Positions 36,998 through 46,449 of a DNA stretch of 64,000 nucleotides are shown here, one piece after another. The DNA lies in assembly GCA_963422665.1 (NCBI GenBank), contig OY730441.1, forward strand, positions 4,194,489 to 4,258,488. The letters are read 5' to 3'. Both the position numbers and the translations under genes were made by a program. Positions within the stretch are counted from its first letter, which is position 1. Each line of letters begins with the position of its first letter. The notes below the pieces were generated by a model. The model was not told the origin of the DNA. It did no database searches and saw only the letters and a list, made by a program, of their open reading frames with translations. The DNA comes from Alphaproteobacteria bacterium. Its GTDB lineage: Bacteria > Pseudomonadota > Alphaproteobacteria > Bin95.

Positions 36998-37495
36998 ATG
37001 ACGACGCTTCGGGAATTCATCACTGAGCGACAGGCTGAGATCAAGGCGGAACAGGCAGCTCTTCGGCTCGAATCGCAGGAGCTAAAGGCGGCTCTGGAGG
37101 CGATCGATGCGCCTGCTGAGCAGAACTCGGGAAACGGAAGCAGGCGCCCATCGGGTCGAGCCACAATCAAGGATCGCGTCGTCGAGGCTTTGCGGGAGCA
37201 CCCTGGCGGTGGCTCGGCGGAAGAGATTACGGCATGGATTGCGACCGCACATGGGCTGACGATCCCGCGCAGTTCCTTGTCGCCTCAAATCTCTCGCCTG
37301 AAGGCGGAAGGCGTCGTTATTCTCAATGCGAACAAGGATTGGCAGCTTGCTGAGCATCCGCAGGCTGACCAGGAAACGGCCGGTGGCGAAAAGCGTTCCA
37401 AAACACCGCCACCGACCCTTCTGGAGCGCCGGTCCATTGGACCGACGGAACTCCGTGCGCAAGGCCGTGAAGCCGTGCCGGGAGGTGGGACATGA
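36998..37495 (+). CDS. hypothetical protein with coiled-coil N-terminus and winged-helix-like segment
   Basis: MTTLREFITERQAEIKAEQAALRLESQELKAALEAID...EEITAWIATAHGLTIPRSSLSPQISRLKAEG. Confidence 0.4.
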   Translation: MTTLREFITERQAEIKAEQAALRLESQELKAALEAIDAPAEQNSGNGSRRPSGRATIKDRVVEALREHPGGGSAEEITAWIATAHGLTIPRSSLSPQISRLKAEGVVILNANKDWQLAEHPQADQETAGGEKRSKTPPPTLLERRSIGPTELRAQGREAVPGGGT

Positions 37496-37509
37496 GAACA
37501 TGACCCAAT

Positions 37510-37558
37510 AGATGTTCCGGCCGTTCGACTGCGGCTACAGTTAAGCGGCCGGAACATC
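37510..37558 (+). terminator. 13-bp perfect hairpin (GATGTTCCGGCCG/CGGCCGGAACATC) after the preceding ORF, no U tract
   Basis: Seen in the sequence 15 bp after the stop at 37495. It may be a terminator or part of the IS end. Confidence 0.3.
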
Positions 37559-37621
37559 TGCACGGGTTATATATGGCGCCACTTATTACCCGCAATCCCT
37601 AAAATAACCTGACTTTTGTGC

Positions 37622-37649
37622 TTGACTAATGGCCGGCAGGCCCTACAGT
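37622..37649 (+). promoter_or_regulatory. sigma70-like promoter TTGACT-16bp-TACAGT
   Basis: The -10 hexamer ends 6 nt before the ATG at 37656, which implies a leaderless transposase mRNA. Confidence 0.35.
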
Positions 37650-37655
37650 CGCGCC

Positions 37656-38543
37656 ATGAACAGGCTGGATACCAAGAAGCGCACGCTGATTCTCCGGCTC
37701 TTGGTCGAGGGCAACAGCATCCGCTCAACCACGCGGATCGCGGATGTGTCGAAGAACACTGTCGCCAAGCTGCTGATCGACGCTGGCAAGGCTTGCGAGG
37801 CGTATCAGGACAAGGTGCTCCGCGACCTCCCCTGCAGGCGCATCCAAGTCGATGAAATCTGGTCGTTCATCTACGCGAAGGAGAAGAATGTCCCTCGCGC
37901 CAAGGCTGCGCCGCCCGAAGCCGGCGATGTGTGGACCTGGACCGCAATCTGCGCCGATACGAAGCTCGTTCCGTCATGGCGCGTCGGGGACCGCTCCAGC
38001 GAGACGGCTATCGAGCTTATGGACGATCTCCGGGCACGGCTGGCCTGCCGGGTCCAGCTCACCACGGACGGCCTCAAAGCCTACCTGGAGGCTGTAGAAG
38101 GCGCGTTCGGGGGCGATGTGGACTATGCCATGCCGGTAAAGCTCTACGGCCAGCCGGACGCGGGCAAGAGCGCCTCGCGGCGCTACTCGCCGGCGGAATG
38201 CACCGGCATCATCAAGCGGAAGATCGAGGGCAACCCGGACCCGGCCGCCGTCAGCACTTCCTATGTCGAGCGGAACAACCCGACGATACGGATGGCGATC
38301 CGCCGCTTCACCAGGCTGACCAATGCGTTCTCGAAGAAGATCGAGAACCACACCTACAGCGTCGCGCTGCACTTCATGCACTACAACTTCTGCCGCATCC
38401 ATGGCAGCCTTCGCGTCACGCCCGCGATGGCCGCTGGAGTGACGGACCGGCTTTGGGATGTAGAGGACATTGTGCGGCTGGTGAAAGAAGCGACCCCGAA
38501 GCCCCGCCCGCGCGGCCCCTACAAGAAAGCGATTTCAAACTGA
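37656..38543 (+). CDS. IS1-family-like transposase (single-ORF type)
   Basis: MNRLDTKKRTLILRLLVEGNSIRSTTRIADVSKNTVAKLL (HTH), then RRIQVDEIWSF...WTAICADTKLV...QLTTDGLKAY (DDE). The family is assigned from memory only. Confidence 0.5.
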   Translation: MNRLDTKKRTLILRLLVEGNSIRSTTRIADVSKNTVAKLLIDAGKACEAYQDKVLRDLPCRRIQVDEIWSFIYAKEKNVPRAKAAPPEAGDVWTWTAICADTKLVPSWRVGDRSSETAIELMDDLRARLACRVQLTTDGLKAYLEAVEGAFGGDVDYAMPVKLYGQPDAGKSASRRYSPAECTGIIKRKIEGNPDPAAVSTSYVERNNPTIRMAIRRFTRLTNAFSKKIENHTYSVALHFMHYNFCRIHGSLRVTPAMAAGVTDRLWDVEDIVRLVKEATPKPRPRGPYKKAISN

Positions 38544-38596
38544 CCCACTACCGCCATTTCTGCAGGCTTGTTCGGATCTCACGGCCGACCGCCGCT

Positions 38597-39496
38597 TCAT
38601 GCAAACACGGCCATGATCTGCTCAAAGGCGCGCATCTGGTTGCCGGCGGCGGAGGAGGGGACGAGGACCGGGGTGCGGACGCCGGCGGCGCGGAGCGCCT
38701 CGACGCCCTCGCGGATGCTTGCGGGCGGACCGAACAGCGTCGTGTCGGCCAGCCATTTGTCGGAGAGGCAGGCCGCGACCGCCGCGTCGCCTTCGGGCAT
38801 GGCGCGTTCGACGGCCTCCATCTCCTCCCGGTAGCCCGCGTCCTTCCAGTAGTTCCGGTAGTAGGGAAGCTGCGCATAGCGCGTCAGCGTGCGGCGGTTG
38901 ACCGCCTTGGCCGCCTCCAGGTCGTCGGAGACGCAGGTGGGCGTCATGCAGGCGATCTCGAAGCCTGCATCGCCGCGCTTCTGCGCCGGCAGCGCCTCCA
39001 GAGACGCCGGGATGTGGCTGCGCGCGGCGTTGGCGAAGACGATGCCGTCTGCAATCTCGCCGGCCAGCGCGATCATTCGCGGCCGCATCGCCGCCAGCAC
39101 CACCGGCGGCAACCCGCCCGTGCGCGGCGCATTGCGGATCTCCTCCACGAAAGCGCGGATGTCGCCGAGCGGCTTGCCGGGCCTGATCCCCATGCGCTCA
39201 TGCACCGGCTGGTGCGACACGCCGATGCCGAAGCGGAACCGCCCGCCGGAGACCTCATGGATGAACGCCGCCGCCTGGGCGAATTCCTCCGCCTGCTGGA
39301 AATAGATCGGCGCGATGGAAGTGGCGAAGGTCACGCGCCCGGTGACATGGGCGAGCGCATGGCAGAGCCCGAGGCCGCTGAACGGGCTCGGCGCCCAGAT
39401 GCCGGCGAAGCCGCGCCGCTCGATCTCGCGGGCGAGCTCCAACGTCGCGAGGCGGCGGCCGGGGACGGCGGTGAGGCTGAGGGCAGGCAAGTCCAT
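38597..39496 (-). CDS. LLM-class flavin/F420-dependent oxidoreductase
   Basis: 299 aa starting at MDLPALSL. Luciferase-like TIM-barrel motifs. The remainder of the 1251-aa track ORF is antisense artefact. Confidence 0.75.
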   Translation of the reverse strand: MDLPALSLTAVPGRRLATLELAREIERRGFAGIWAPSPFSGLGLCHALAHVTGRVTFATSIAPIYFQQAEEFAQAAAFIHEVSGGRFRFGIGVSHQPVHERMGIRPGKPLGDIRAFVEEIRNAPRTGGLPPVVLAAMRPRMIALAGEIADGIVFANAARSHIPASLEALPAQKRGDAGFEIACMTPTCVSDDLEAAKAVNRRTLTRYAQLPYYRNYWKDAGYREEMEAVERAMPEGDAAVAACLSDKWLADTTLFGPPASIREGVEALRAAGVRTPVLVPSSAAGNQMRAFEQIMAVFA

Positions 39497-39583
39497 GGCG
39501 CGGGACCCTTCCATTGCGAAAGGCGCCAGATTGGCACGGTTCCGCTTCCGACGGGAAGCGTTCGCGCCTAGAGTCGGCCTGTC

Positions 39584-41995
39584 ATGCCCAACCTTCCCTC
39601 CCATGCGTCCATCGTCATCGTCGGCGGCGGCATTGTCGGCCTCAGCCTCGCCTACCATCTCGCGCGGGCCGGGCGCGACGGCGTGCTGCTGCTCGAACGC
39701 AGGCAGTTCACCTGCGGCGCCACATGGCACGCTGCCGGCCTGGTGCGTTCGGCCGCCCCGCATCCGACGCTCGCCGCCATCCTCGCCGATTCGTCGCGGC
39801 TCTACGCAGGGTTGGAGGCCGAGACGGGCCAGACCACGGGATACCGGCAAACGGGCTCGATCTACACCGCCGGCAATGCCGAGCGCTGGGAGGAGCTGAA
39901 GCGCGCGGCCGCCAGTGCGCGCGCGTTCGGCGCGGAGATCGAATTCTGCACGCCGGGGGACCTGAAGCGCCTCTGGCCGCTCATGCATGTCGATGACCTG
40001 ATCGGCGGCAGCTTCTATGCCGGCGACGGCCAGACCAATCCGGCCGACACCGCCGCCGCGCTCGCAAGGGGCGCCCGGCAGGCCGGCGCCGTGCTGCTGG
40101 AGAATGTGAAGGTGACCGGCATCCGCACGGCCGGGGGGCGCGTCGCCGGCGTCGAGACCGGGGCCGGGCCGGTCGCCACGGACTGCGTTGCGAATTGCGC
40201 CGGCATGTGGGCGCGCGAAGTCGGCCTCATGGCGGATACCGCCGTGCCGCTCCATGCGGCGGAGCACTTCTATATCGTCACGGAGCCGATGGAAGGCGTG
40301 AAAGCCGGCCTTCCGGTCATGCGCGACCAGGACGGTTCGGCCTACTACAAGGAGGATGCCGGCAAGCTGCTCGTCGGCGCCTTCGAGCCGGTCGCCAAAC
40401 CCTGGGGCATGGACGGCATCCCGGAGGATTTCTGCTTCGACCAGCTTCCCGACGACTGGGAGCATTTCGAGCCGGTACTGGAGGGCGCGCTGCATCGCGT
40501 GCCGGCATTGCGCGAGACGGGCATCCGGCTGTTCTTCAACGGGCCGGAGAGCTTCACCCCGGACCAGGCGTTCCATTTGGGCCCCGCCGGCAATGTCGAG
40601 GGTTTCTGGATTGCGGCCGGTTTCAACTCCATCGGCATCCAGGCGGCCGGCGGCGTCGGCCAGCGGCTGGCGTCCTGGATCGAGGAAGGGGCGCCGCCCT
40701 GCGACCTCTCGGCCTTCGACCCGCGCCGGATGCAGCCCTTCCAGAACGGCAAGACTTATCTGGAGGCGCGCGTGAGCGAGGCGCTCGGCCTGCTCTATGC
40801 CATGCACTGGCCCTACCGCCAGTTCGAGACCGCGCGCGGCGAGCGCCGATCCCCGGTGCATGACGCGCTGGCGGAAGCCGGAGCGTGTTTCGGCGAAGTG
40901 GCCGGCTGGGAACGCGCCAACTGGTTCGCGCCGCCCGGCGACAAGCCCGCCTATGAATACAGCTACGGACGGCAGAACTGGTTCGGGGCGAGCGCGGCGG
41001 AGCATCGGCGTGTCCGGGAAGCCATCGGCGTCTTCGACCTCACCTCCTTCGGCAAGGTCCTGGTCGAAGGGCCGGACGCCGAGGCGCTGCTGCAATGGGT
41101 CTCGGCCAACGATATGGGCCGCGCGCCCGGAAGCGTCATCTACACGCAATGGCTCAATGCGGCGGCCGGCATCGAGGCGGACCTGACCGTAACCCGCCTC
41201 GACGAGACCCGGTACATGGTGGTGACGGCCGCGACCGCCGCGGCGCGCGACCTGGCCCGGCTCCGCATGGAGGCGCGCGACCGGCGCGTAGAGATTGCCG
41301 ACATCACCGACGACCTGGCGGTATTCGCCGTGATGGGGCCGGAGTCGCGCAACCTGCTTCAGCCTTTGACATCGGCGGACCTTGCGGACGCGGCGTTCCC
41401 GTTCGGAACTTCGCAGGAGATAGAGATGGCCGGCTCTCCGGTCCGGGCGTCGCGAATCAGCTATGTCGGCGAACTCGGCTGGGAGCTCTATGCGCCCCGG
41501 GCCGAGGCGGGCCGGGTCTTTGCAGCGTTGCGGGAGGCGGGCGCTGCGCCCGTCGGGATGCACGCGCTCGACAGCCTGCGTATCGAGAAGGCCTACCGCC
41601 ACTGGGGCCACGATATCGCCCCTTCCGACAATCCGGTCGAAGCCGGCCTCGCCTTTGCGGTGAAGCCCGACGCCAAGCACTTCCTCGGCCGCGACGCCTT
41701 TCTCCGCGCGCGAGACGCCGGCCCCTCCCGCCGCCTGATGCAGTTCCGCCTGCTGGACCCCGAGCCGCTCCTCTACGGCCACGAGCCGGTCCTGGCCGGC
41801 GGCCGCACGGTCGGCACGCTGACCTCCGCCAATTACGGGCACGCGCTGGGCGGCGCCGTGGGCCTCGGCTATGTGCCTGCGCACGCTCTCGAAGCCGATG
41901 CGTTCGCCGTCAACGTCGCCGGCGCCATCGTCCCGGCGGAGGCGTCGCTCAGGCCCCTCTACGACCCGGCGAACCGCAGGATGCGGGGCATCTGA
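39584..41995 (+). CDS. FAD-dependent oxidoreductase fused to GcvT-like aminomethyltransferase domain (dimethylglycine/sarcosine dehydrogenase family)
   Basis: IVIVGGGIVGLSLAYHL (FAD) and a C-terminal GcvT fold (...ISYVGELGWELY...). The 803-aa length is typical of DMGDH/SARDH. Confidence 0.8.
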   Translation: MPNLPSHASIVIVGGGIVGLSLAYHLARAGRDGVLLLERRQFTCGATWHAAGLVRSAAPHPTLAAILADSSRLYAGLEAETGQTTGYRQTGSIYTAGNAERWEELKRAAASARAFGAEIEFCTPGDLKRLWPLMHVDDLIGGSFYAGDGQTNPADTAAALARGARQAGAVLLENVKVTGIRTAGGRVAGVETGAGPVATDCVANCAGMWAREVGLMADTAVPLHAAEHFYIVTEPMEGVKAGLPVMRDQDGSAYYKEDAGKLLVGAFEPVAKPWGMDGIPEDFCFDQLPDDWEHFEPVLEGALHRVPALRETGIRLFFNGPESFTPDQAFHLGPAGNVEGFWIAAGFNSIGIQAAGGVGQRLASWIEEGAPPCDLSAFDPRRMQPFQNGKTYLEARVSEALGLLYAMHWPYRQFETARGERRSPVHDALAEAGACFGEVAGWERANWFAPPGDKPAYEYSYGRQNWFGASAAEHRRVREAIGVFDLTSFGKVLVEGPDAEALLQWVSANDMGRAPGSVIYTQWLNAAAGIEADLTVTRLDETRYMVVTAATAAARDLARLRMEARDRRVEIADITDDLAVFAVMGPESRNLLQPLTSADLADAAFPFGTSQEIEMAGSPVRASRISYVGELGWELYAPRAEAGRVFAALREAGAAPVGMHALDSLRIEKAYRHWGHDIAPSDNPVEAGLAFAVKPDAKHFLGRDAFLRARDAGPSRRLMQFRLLDPEPLLYGHEPVLAGGRTVGTLTSANYGHALGGAVGLGYVPAHALEADAFAVNVAGAIVPAEASLRPLYDPANRRMRGI

Positions 41996-42514
41996 TACCA
42001 GGGCGCTCAATGCAGGGCTCATGCTTGGGAGCGTTTCGTCCTGCTCCTCTACCGTCCGGCGGGGGGCTGGCTCGGCCGCGCCCGCTTCCACGCTCCTTTC
42101 ACTGCTCCCGCGCTCTCTTTCATCACCTGCGCGAAAGCGGGGGGTATCCCTGGTGGGTTCCGCTTGGCGCGAAGGCCGGGAGATGGCCCCCGGCTCAAAG
42201 GCCGGAGTGACGATTGTGCTCCGGTTCCCGCTCCGTACGCTTCCATGGGGACGCTGCCTTCGAGCGACAGGTCTCCTGCACCATGTCATAACCCCGATGT
42301 CCGACCAAGATTTTTGCGGTCCCCTGTTGGCGTTGGATCTGTTTGGATTCAAGATTCTGGTTGAGCAAACGCAGCGTCACCGACGGGGTGCGGAAGCCTG
42401 TCACAGGGTTTGTTGGATTTCCGGTATGCGTCGGCGGACCGGGGTAGCGAAGTGAGGTGGCCTCGCCTTTTCGGACAGCCTGGCGGCTGGGCTAAGGTGT
42501 GTTCCGGTTGAAGT

Positions 42515-43450
42515 TCAGGCCGCCAGAATCCCCTTGAATCGATCTTCCTGTTGCTGCTGTTGCGCCTTTGGGGATGTGGTCAAGGCGCGAAGCGGCTTGT
42601 CCATCATATCCACAGGCGTGTCACCTCGGTATGCCTCGGTCGGCGTCCGTCCGCCCAGCGCCGAGTGCGGCCTGATGGTGTTGTAGAAGCCGATCCACTC
42701 GCCGATCACGCGCCGGGCGGTGAAGCCGTCGGCGATCTCGTGCAGGTAGACCGCCTCGTATTTGAGCGAGCGCCAGAGCCGCTCAATGAAGATGTTGTCC
42801 ATGCACCGGCCCCGGCCGTCCATCGAGATGCGGATGCCGGGCGCCTGCAGGCGGCCGGTGAAGGCGAAGCTGGTGAACGGGCTCCCCTGGTCGGTGTTGA
42901 AGATCTCCGGCGCGCCATGCCGGGCCAGGGCCTCGTCGAGCGCGTCCGTACAGAAGCCGGCATCCAGCGTGTTCGACAGCTGCCAGGCCAATACGTGGCG
43001 GCTCGCCCAGTCCATGATCGCCACCAGGTAGAGGAAGCCCCGCTGCACCGGGATGCAGGTGATGTCGGCGCACCGGACATGGTTCGCCCGCTCGATCCGC
43101 AAGCCCTTGAGCAGCCAGGGCCACACCCGGTGCTCGGGATGCTGATCGCTGGTCCGCAGCGCCCGATAGACCGCCTGAAGGCCGAGCAGGCGCATCAGCC
43201 GAGCCGCCCGGCAGCGCCCGATCCGCACCCCCTCGCGGCGAAGATGGCGAACCATCTGGCGGGCGCCGTAGAACGGATACTTCACGAACAGCTCGTCGAT
43301 CCGACGCATCAGCGCCAGCGTCTCCGCGCTCTCGCCCTTCGGCTCGTAGTAGAGCGACGAGCGCCCGATCGACAGCAGCCGGCATTGCCGGTTCAGGCTC
43401 AGCGCCGGATGATCGCGCTCCACCATCGCCCGACGCTCGGCCCGGCTCAT
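42515..43450 (-). CDS. IS3-family transposase OrfB
   Basis: Near-identical to 28719..29654. Confidence 0.85.
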   Translation of the reverse strand: MSRAERRAMVERDHPALSLNRQCRLLSIGRSSLYYEPKGESAETLALMRRIDELFVKYPFYGARQMVRHLRREGVRIGRCRAARLMRLLGLQAVYRALRTSDQHPEHRVWPWLLKGLRIERANHVRCADITCIPVQRGFLYLVAIMDWASRHVLAWQLSNTLDAGFCTDALDEALARHGAPEIFNTDQGSPFTSFAFTGRLQAPGIRISMDGRGRCMDNIFIERLWRSLKYEAVYLHEIADGFTARRVIGEWIGFYNTIRPHSALGGRTPTEAYRGDTPVDMMDKPLRALTTSPKAQQQQQEDRFKGILAA

Positions 43451-43734
43451 CGACCGGACCCGCGAGACAAAAAATCCCGCTCCACGATCAGCTCCCCGAT
43501 CCTGGCGTGAAGATCGCGCACCTCGCCCTCATGATCCCGGACCCGGCGTTCCGCGCCCTTCGAGAACAGCTCGGCCAGACCCTCGATCGCCTGGCGCTTC
43601 CACGCACCCACCTGGTTCGGATGGACCCGGCGCCGAGAGGCGATCTTCTGAAGCGTCCGATCACCCCGAAGCGCCTCAAGCACGAGCTTCGCTTTCAACT
43701 CCCCGGAAAACCTGCGGCGCTTGCTCATCGGCAT
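43447..43734 (-). CDS. IS3-family transposase OrfA
   Basis: Near-identical to 28435..28722. Confidence 0.8.
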   Translation of the reverse strand: MPMSKRRRFSGELKAKLVLEALRGDRTLQKIASRRRVHPNQVGAWKRQAIEGLAELFSKGAERRVRDHEGEVRDLHARIGELIVERDFLSRGSGR

Positions 43735-43794
43735 TCCTCCGTCAGACGGCGGAATACACCCTAACAACCTGTCCGATTTTCCGGGGACACCTCA

Positions 43795-44458
43795 CCTCCA
43801 TATGCCCGGCCGCAACACGCAGACGCTCCGCCGCCCGACGGCTCATACTCGCCGGGGTCGCCGGCGACACGCGCGCCCCGAACAACACACCCGGCGCCTC
43901 CGACAACCGCCGCTCCGGCAGAAACCGACCGTGACGAAGCCACACCGCAACGCCCGAAAGACGCGGACCATACCGAACCGGACCCGATACCCCCTTCGGA
44001 AACGACGCCCGCGTCACCTCACCGCAACGCCCGCAGCGGCAGGCATGACCGCGGTGCGCCGTCACTTCCAACCGACGCGGCTCAGGAAGGTCGAATACCT
44101 GACGCGCGACCGGACAACCGACCGCAGAAGCCGACCGCAGCGACGCCCCGCAGCCCCGGCATACCGCCGGAACATGCTCCTTCACACGGTCCGGGCGCCC
44201 CGTCCGGCAAAGCGTCCGGCCCGCATGGCCCGCCTGACCGCCCGGCTGCCGGCCCGTCTTGCCCCTCAGGCTCCGCGTCCGACGCTCCGCCGCAGGCTTC
44301 TTCAACCCATCGCTCGATGGAGGCCTGCCGCTATTGCCGCCGTTCAGACCGGGACGGCGCTCCAACTCCCCCGGCCGCTCTGCAACACGCGCAACCCGAT
44401 CCCGAAGCTGCGCGTTCTCCAACTCAACACGCGCAACCTTCTCCTCCGCAGTCTCCAT
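43795..44458 (-). pseudogene. IS66-family transposase TnpC, N-terminal fragment cut by IS3 copy 2
   Basis: METAEEKVARVELENAQLRDR (leucine zipper) ...GRPPSSDGLKKP...C.GCG...R.V.DLPE is the TnpC N-terminus. The reading frame runs into the IS3 terminal repeat, and no tnpA or tnpB lies upstream. Confidence 0.6.
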
Positions 44459-44635
44459 AACAGACCCCGGATAACCGCTTCCGCGCGAACCGGAACCACT
44501 CATGGCCAAGTTGACCCATTTTTCCACAAACCCGTCAACCCATAACCGGATCGCTCATCCCGGGCAGTTACGACATTTCATGACATGTCGCGGGGGTCCC
44601 GTTCCGCCACCCCGGTCCGTGCCCGCGAAGGCGGG

Positions 44636-45919
44636 TCAGGCGAGCGCCTGCTCCAGGTCGGCGATGATGTCGGCGGCGGTTTCGAGGCCGACGGAGAGGC
44701 GCACCACCTCGTCGCCGGCGCCGGCCGCGGCGGCCTGCTCTTCGGAGAGCTGGCGGTGGGTGGTGGAGCGGGGATGGATGACGAGCGAGCGGGTGTCGCC
44801 GATATTGGCGAGATGGCTCAGCAGTTCGACGCCCTCCACCAGCTTCACGCCCGCCTCGTAGCCGCCCTTGAGGCCGAAGGTGAACACCGAGCCGCCCGAG
44901 CCGGCCAGATACTTGTCGGCAAGCGGCTTGTAGGGGTTGCCTTCGAGCCCCGCATAGGAAACCCAGGCGACGGCCGGGTGGCCGGAGAGATAACGCGCCA
45001 CTTCCAGCCCGTTTTCGCTGTGCCGGGCCATGCGCAGCGGCAGGGTCTCGACGCCGGTGATCGCCAGGAAGGCGTTGAGCGGCGCCATCGTCGCGCCGAG
45101 GTCGCGCAGGCCGACCGCGTGGCAATGCACGGTGTAGCCGAGGTCGCCGAAGGTCTCCCAGAAGCGCAGGCCGTGATAGGCGCCTTCCGGCTCCGTCATC
45201 GACGGGAACTTGCCGTTCTGCCCCCAGTCGAAGCCGCCGCTGTCCACTACCATGCCGCCCATCGCGTTGCCGTGCCCGGAGAGGAACTTGGTCATGGAAT
45301 GCACGACGAGGTCCGCGCCCCACTCGAACGGTCGGCAGAGGAAGGGCGTCGCCATGGTGTTGTCCACCATCAGCGGGATGCCGGCCTCATGCGCGACCCC
45401 GGCGAGCGCCTCAAGGTCGCTGACGATGCCGCCCGGATTGGCGAGCGACTCGCAGAACAGTACGCGCGTTTCCGGCCGTATCGCCGCCCGCACCGTGTCG
45501 AGGTCGTCGAAGTCGATCAGCGAGGCCTGCCAGCCGAACTTGGTGAAGGTGCGCGTGAACTGGGTGACGGAGCCGCCATAGAGCTTGTTCGACGCCAGCA
45601 GGTGCGCGCCCGGCTGCATGAGCGGGAAGAGCGCCAGCATCTGCGCCGCATGGCCCGACGCCGTGGCCGTGCCGCCCTTGCCGCCTTCCAGCGCCGCCAC
45701 CCGTTCCTCGAGCACCGAGACGGTGGGGTTGGTGAGGCGCGAATAGATGAAGCCGTAAGTCTGGAGGTTGAACAGCGATGCGGCGTGATCGACGTCGTCG
45801 AAGACATAGGAGGTCGTCTGGTAGATGGGCGTGGACCGGGCGCCCGTTGCGGGATCGGGCCCCGCGCCGGCATGGATGGCCAGGGTCTCGAAGCCGAAAG
45901 GCGGTTCGTTGTCGGTCAT
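44636..45919 (-). CDS. metY: O-acetylhomoserine aminocarboxypropyltransferase/sulfhydrylase
   Basis: A PLP enzyme starting [18 protein letters not shown], with a ...SMTKF Lys motif. Confidence 0.8.
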   Translation of the reverse strand: MTDNEPPFGFETLAIHAGAGPDPATGARSTPIYQTTSYVFDDVDHAASLFNLQTYGFIYSRLTNPTVSVLEERVAALEGGKGGTATASGHAAQMLALFPLMQPGAHLLASNKLYGGSVTQFTRTFTKFGWQASLIDFDDLDTVRAAIRPETRVLFCESLANPGGIVSDLEALAGVAHEAGIPLMVDNTMATPFLCRPFEWGADLVVHSMTKFLSGHGNAMGGMVVDSGGFDWGQNGKFPSMTEPEGAYHGLRFWETFGDLGYTVHCHAVGLRDLGATMAPLNAFLAITGVETLPLRMARHSENGLEVARYLSGHPAVAWVSYAGLEGNPYKPLADKYLAGSGGSVFTFGLKGGYEAGVKLVEGVELLSHLANIGDTRSLVIHPRSTTHRQLSEEQAAAAGAGDEVVRLSVGLETAADIIADLEQALA

Positions 45920-45920
45920 G

Positions 45921-46409
45921 TCAGGCGATCCGGCGGCGCCGGGACGAGATGCGCCGCGAGTTGAAGCCGTTCCAGGAAAGCTCGCCGAACAGCCGGGCAT
46001 ATTCGATCTTCGGGCAGCGGTTCATCACCACGGTGAGCCCCGCCGCCTCGGCGCGCTCGGCGGCCGCGTCGTTGCGGACCGTAAGCTGCATCCAGACGGT
46101 CTTCGCCCCGATCTCCACGGCCCGGTCGGCAAGCGGGCCGGCGGCCTCGGAGTTGCGGAAGATATCGACCATATCGACCGGCTCCGGCAGGTCGGCGAGG
46201 TCGCCGAAGCAGGTTTCGCCCAGGATCGTCTGCCCGGCGGCGGCCGGATTGACGGGGCGCACACGGAATCCCTTCGCCTGGAGGTATTTCATCACGAAAT
46301 AGCTGGGCCGGTTCCAGTGGGGGCTGGCGCCTGCCATCGCGACGGTGCGCACACTCTCCAGCACGCCCTTGAGATAGGCGTCGGTATAGCTGTCATGGTT
46401 CATGGCCAC
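45921..46409 (-). CDS. CoA-binding domain protein (YccU/YneT-like)
   Basis: 162 aa, with a Rossmann-like CoA-binding fold by family resemblance. Confidence 0.6.
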   Translation of the reverse strand: MAMNHDSYTDAYLKGVLESVRTVAMAGASPHWNRPSYFVMKYLQAKGFRVRPVNPAAAGQTILGETCFGDLADLPEPVDMVDIFRNSEAAGPLADRAVEIGAKTVWMQLTVRNDAAAERAEAAGLTVVMNRCPKIEYARLFGELSWNGFNSRRISSRRRRIA

Positions 46410-46449
46410 GGTTGGCTACACCACCGGGAGCCGGCCGGCAATCGCCTTC

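Larger units (their letters stand above)
37560..38580 (+). mobile_element. IS1-family-like insertion sequence (bounds approximate)
   Basis: A single transposase ORF in a low-GC block. The ends show only an ATGGCG core repeated in inverse orientation. Confidence 0.35.
42453..43794 (-). mobile_element. IS3-family insertion sequence, copy 2 (inverted relative to copy 1)
   Basis: About 99% identical to copy 1 over 1342 bp. Five OrfB and one OrfA amino-acid differences. Confidence 0.85.

Noticed and set aside
38597-42352. 1251-aa minus-strand ORF
   Set aside because: Only the C-terminal 299 codons (38597-39496) form an LLM oxidoreductase. The upstream 950 codons are antisense to the DMGDH-like gene and are compositionally junk.
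41996-42452. 457-bp non-coding gap between the DMGDH-like gene and IS3 copy 2, with small hairpins (for example CCGGC-tcaaag-GCCGG)
   Set aside because: No ORF, no recognisable RNA-family features and no repeats shared with other sites. It is probably residual intergenic or IS-flank DNA.
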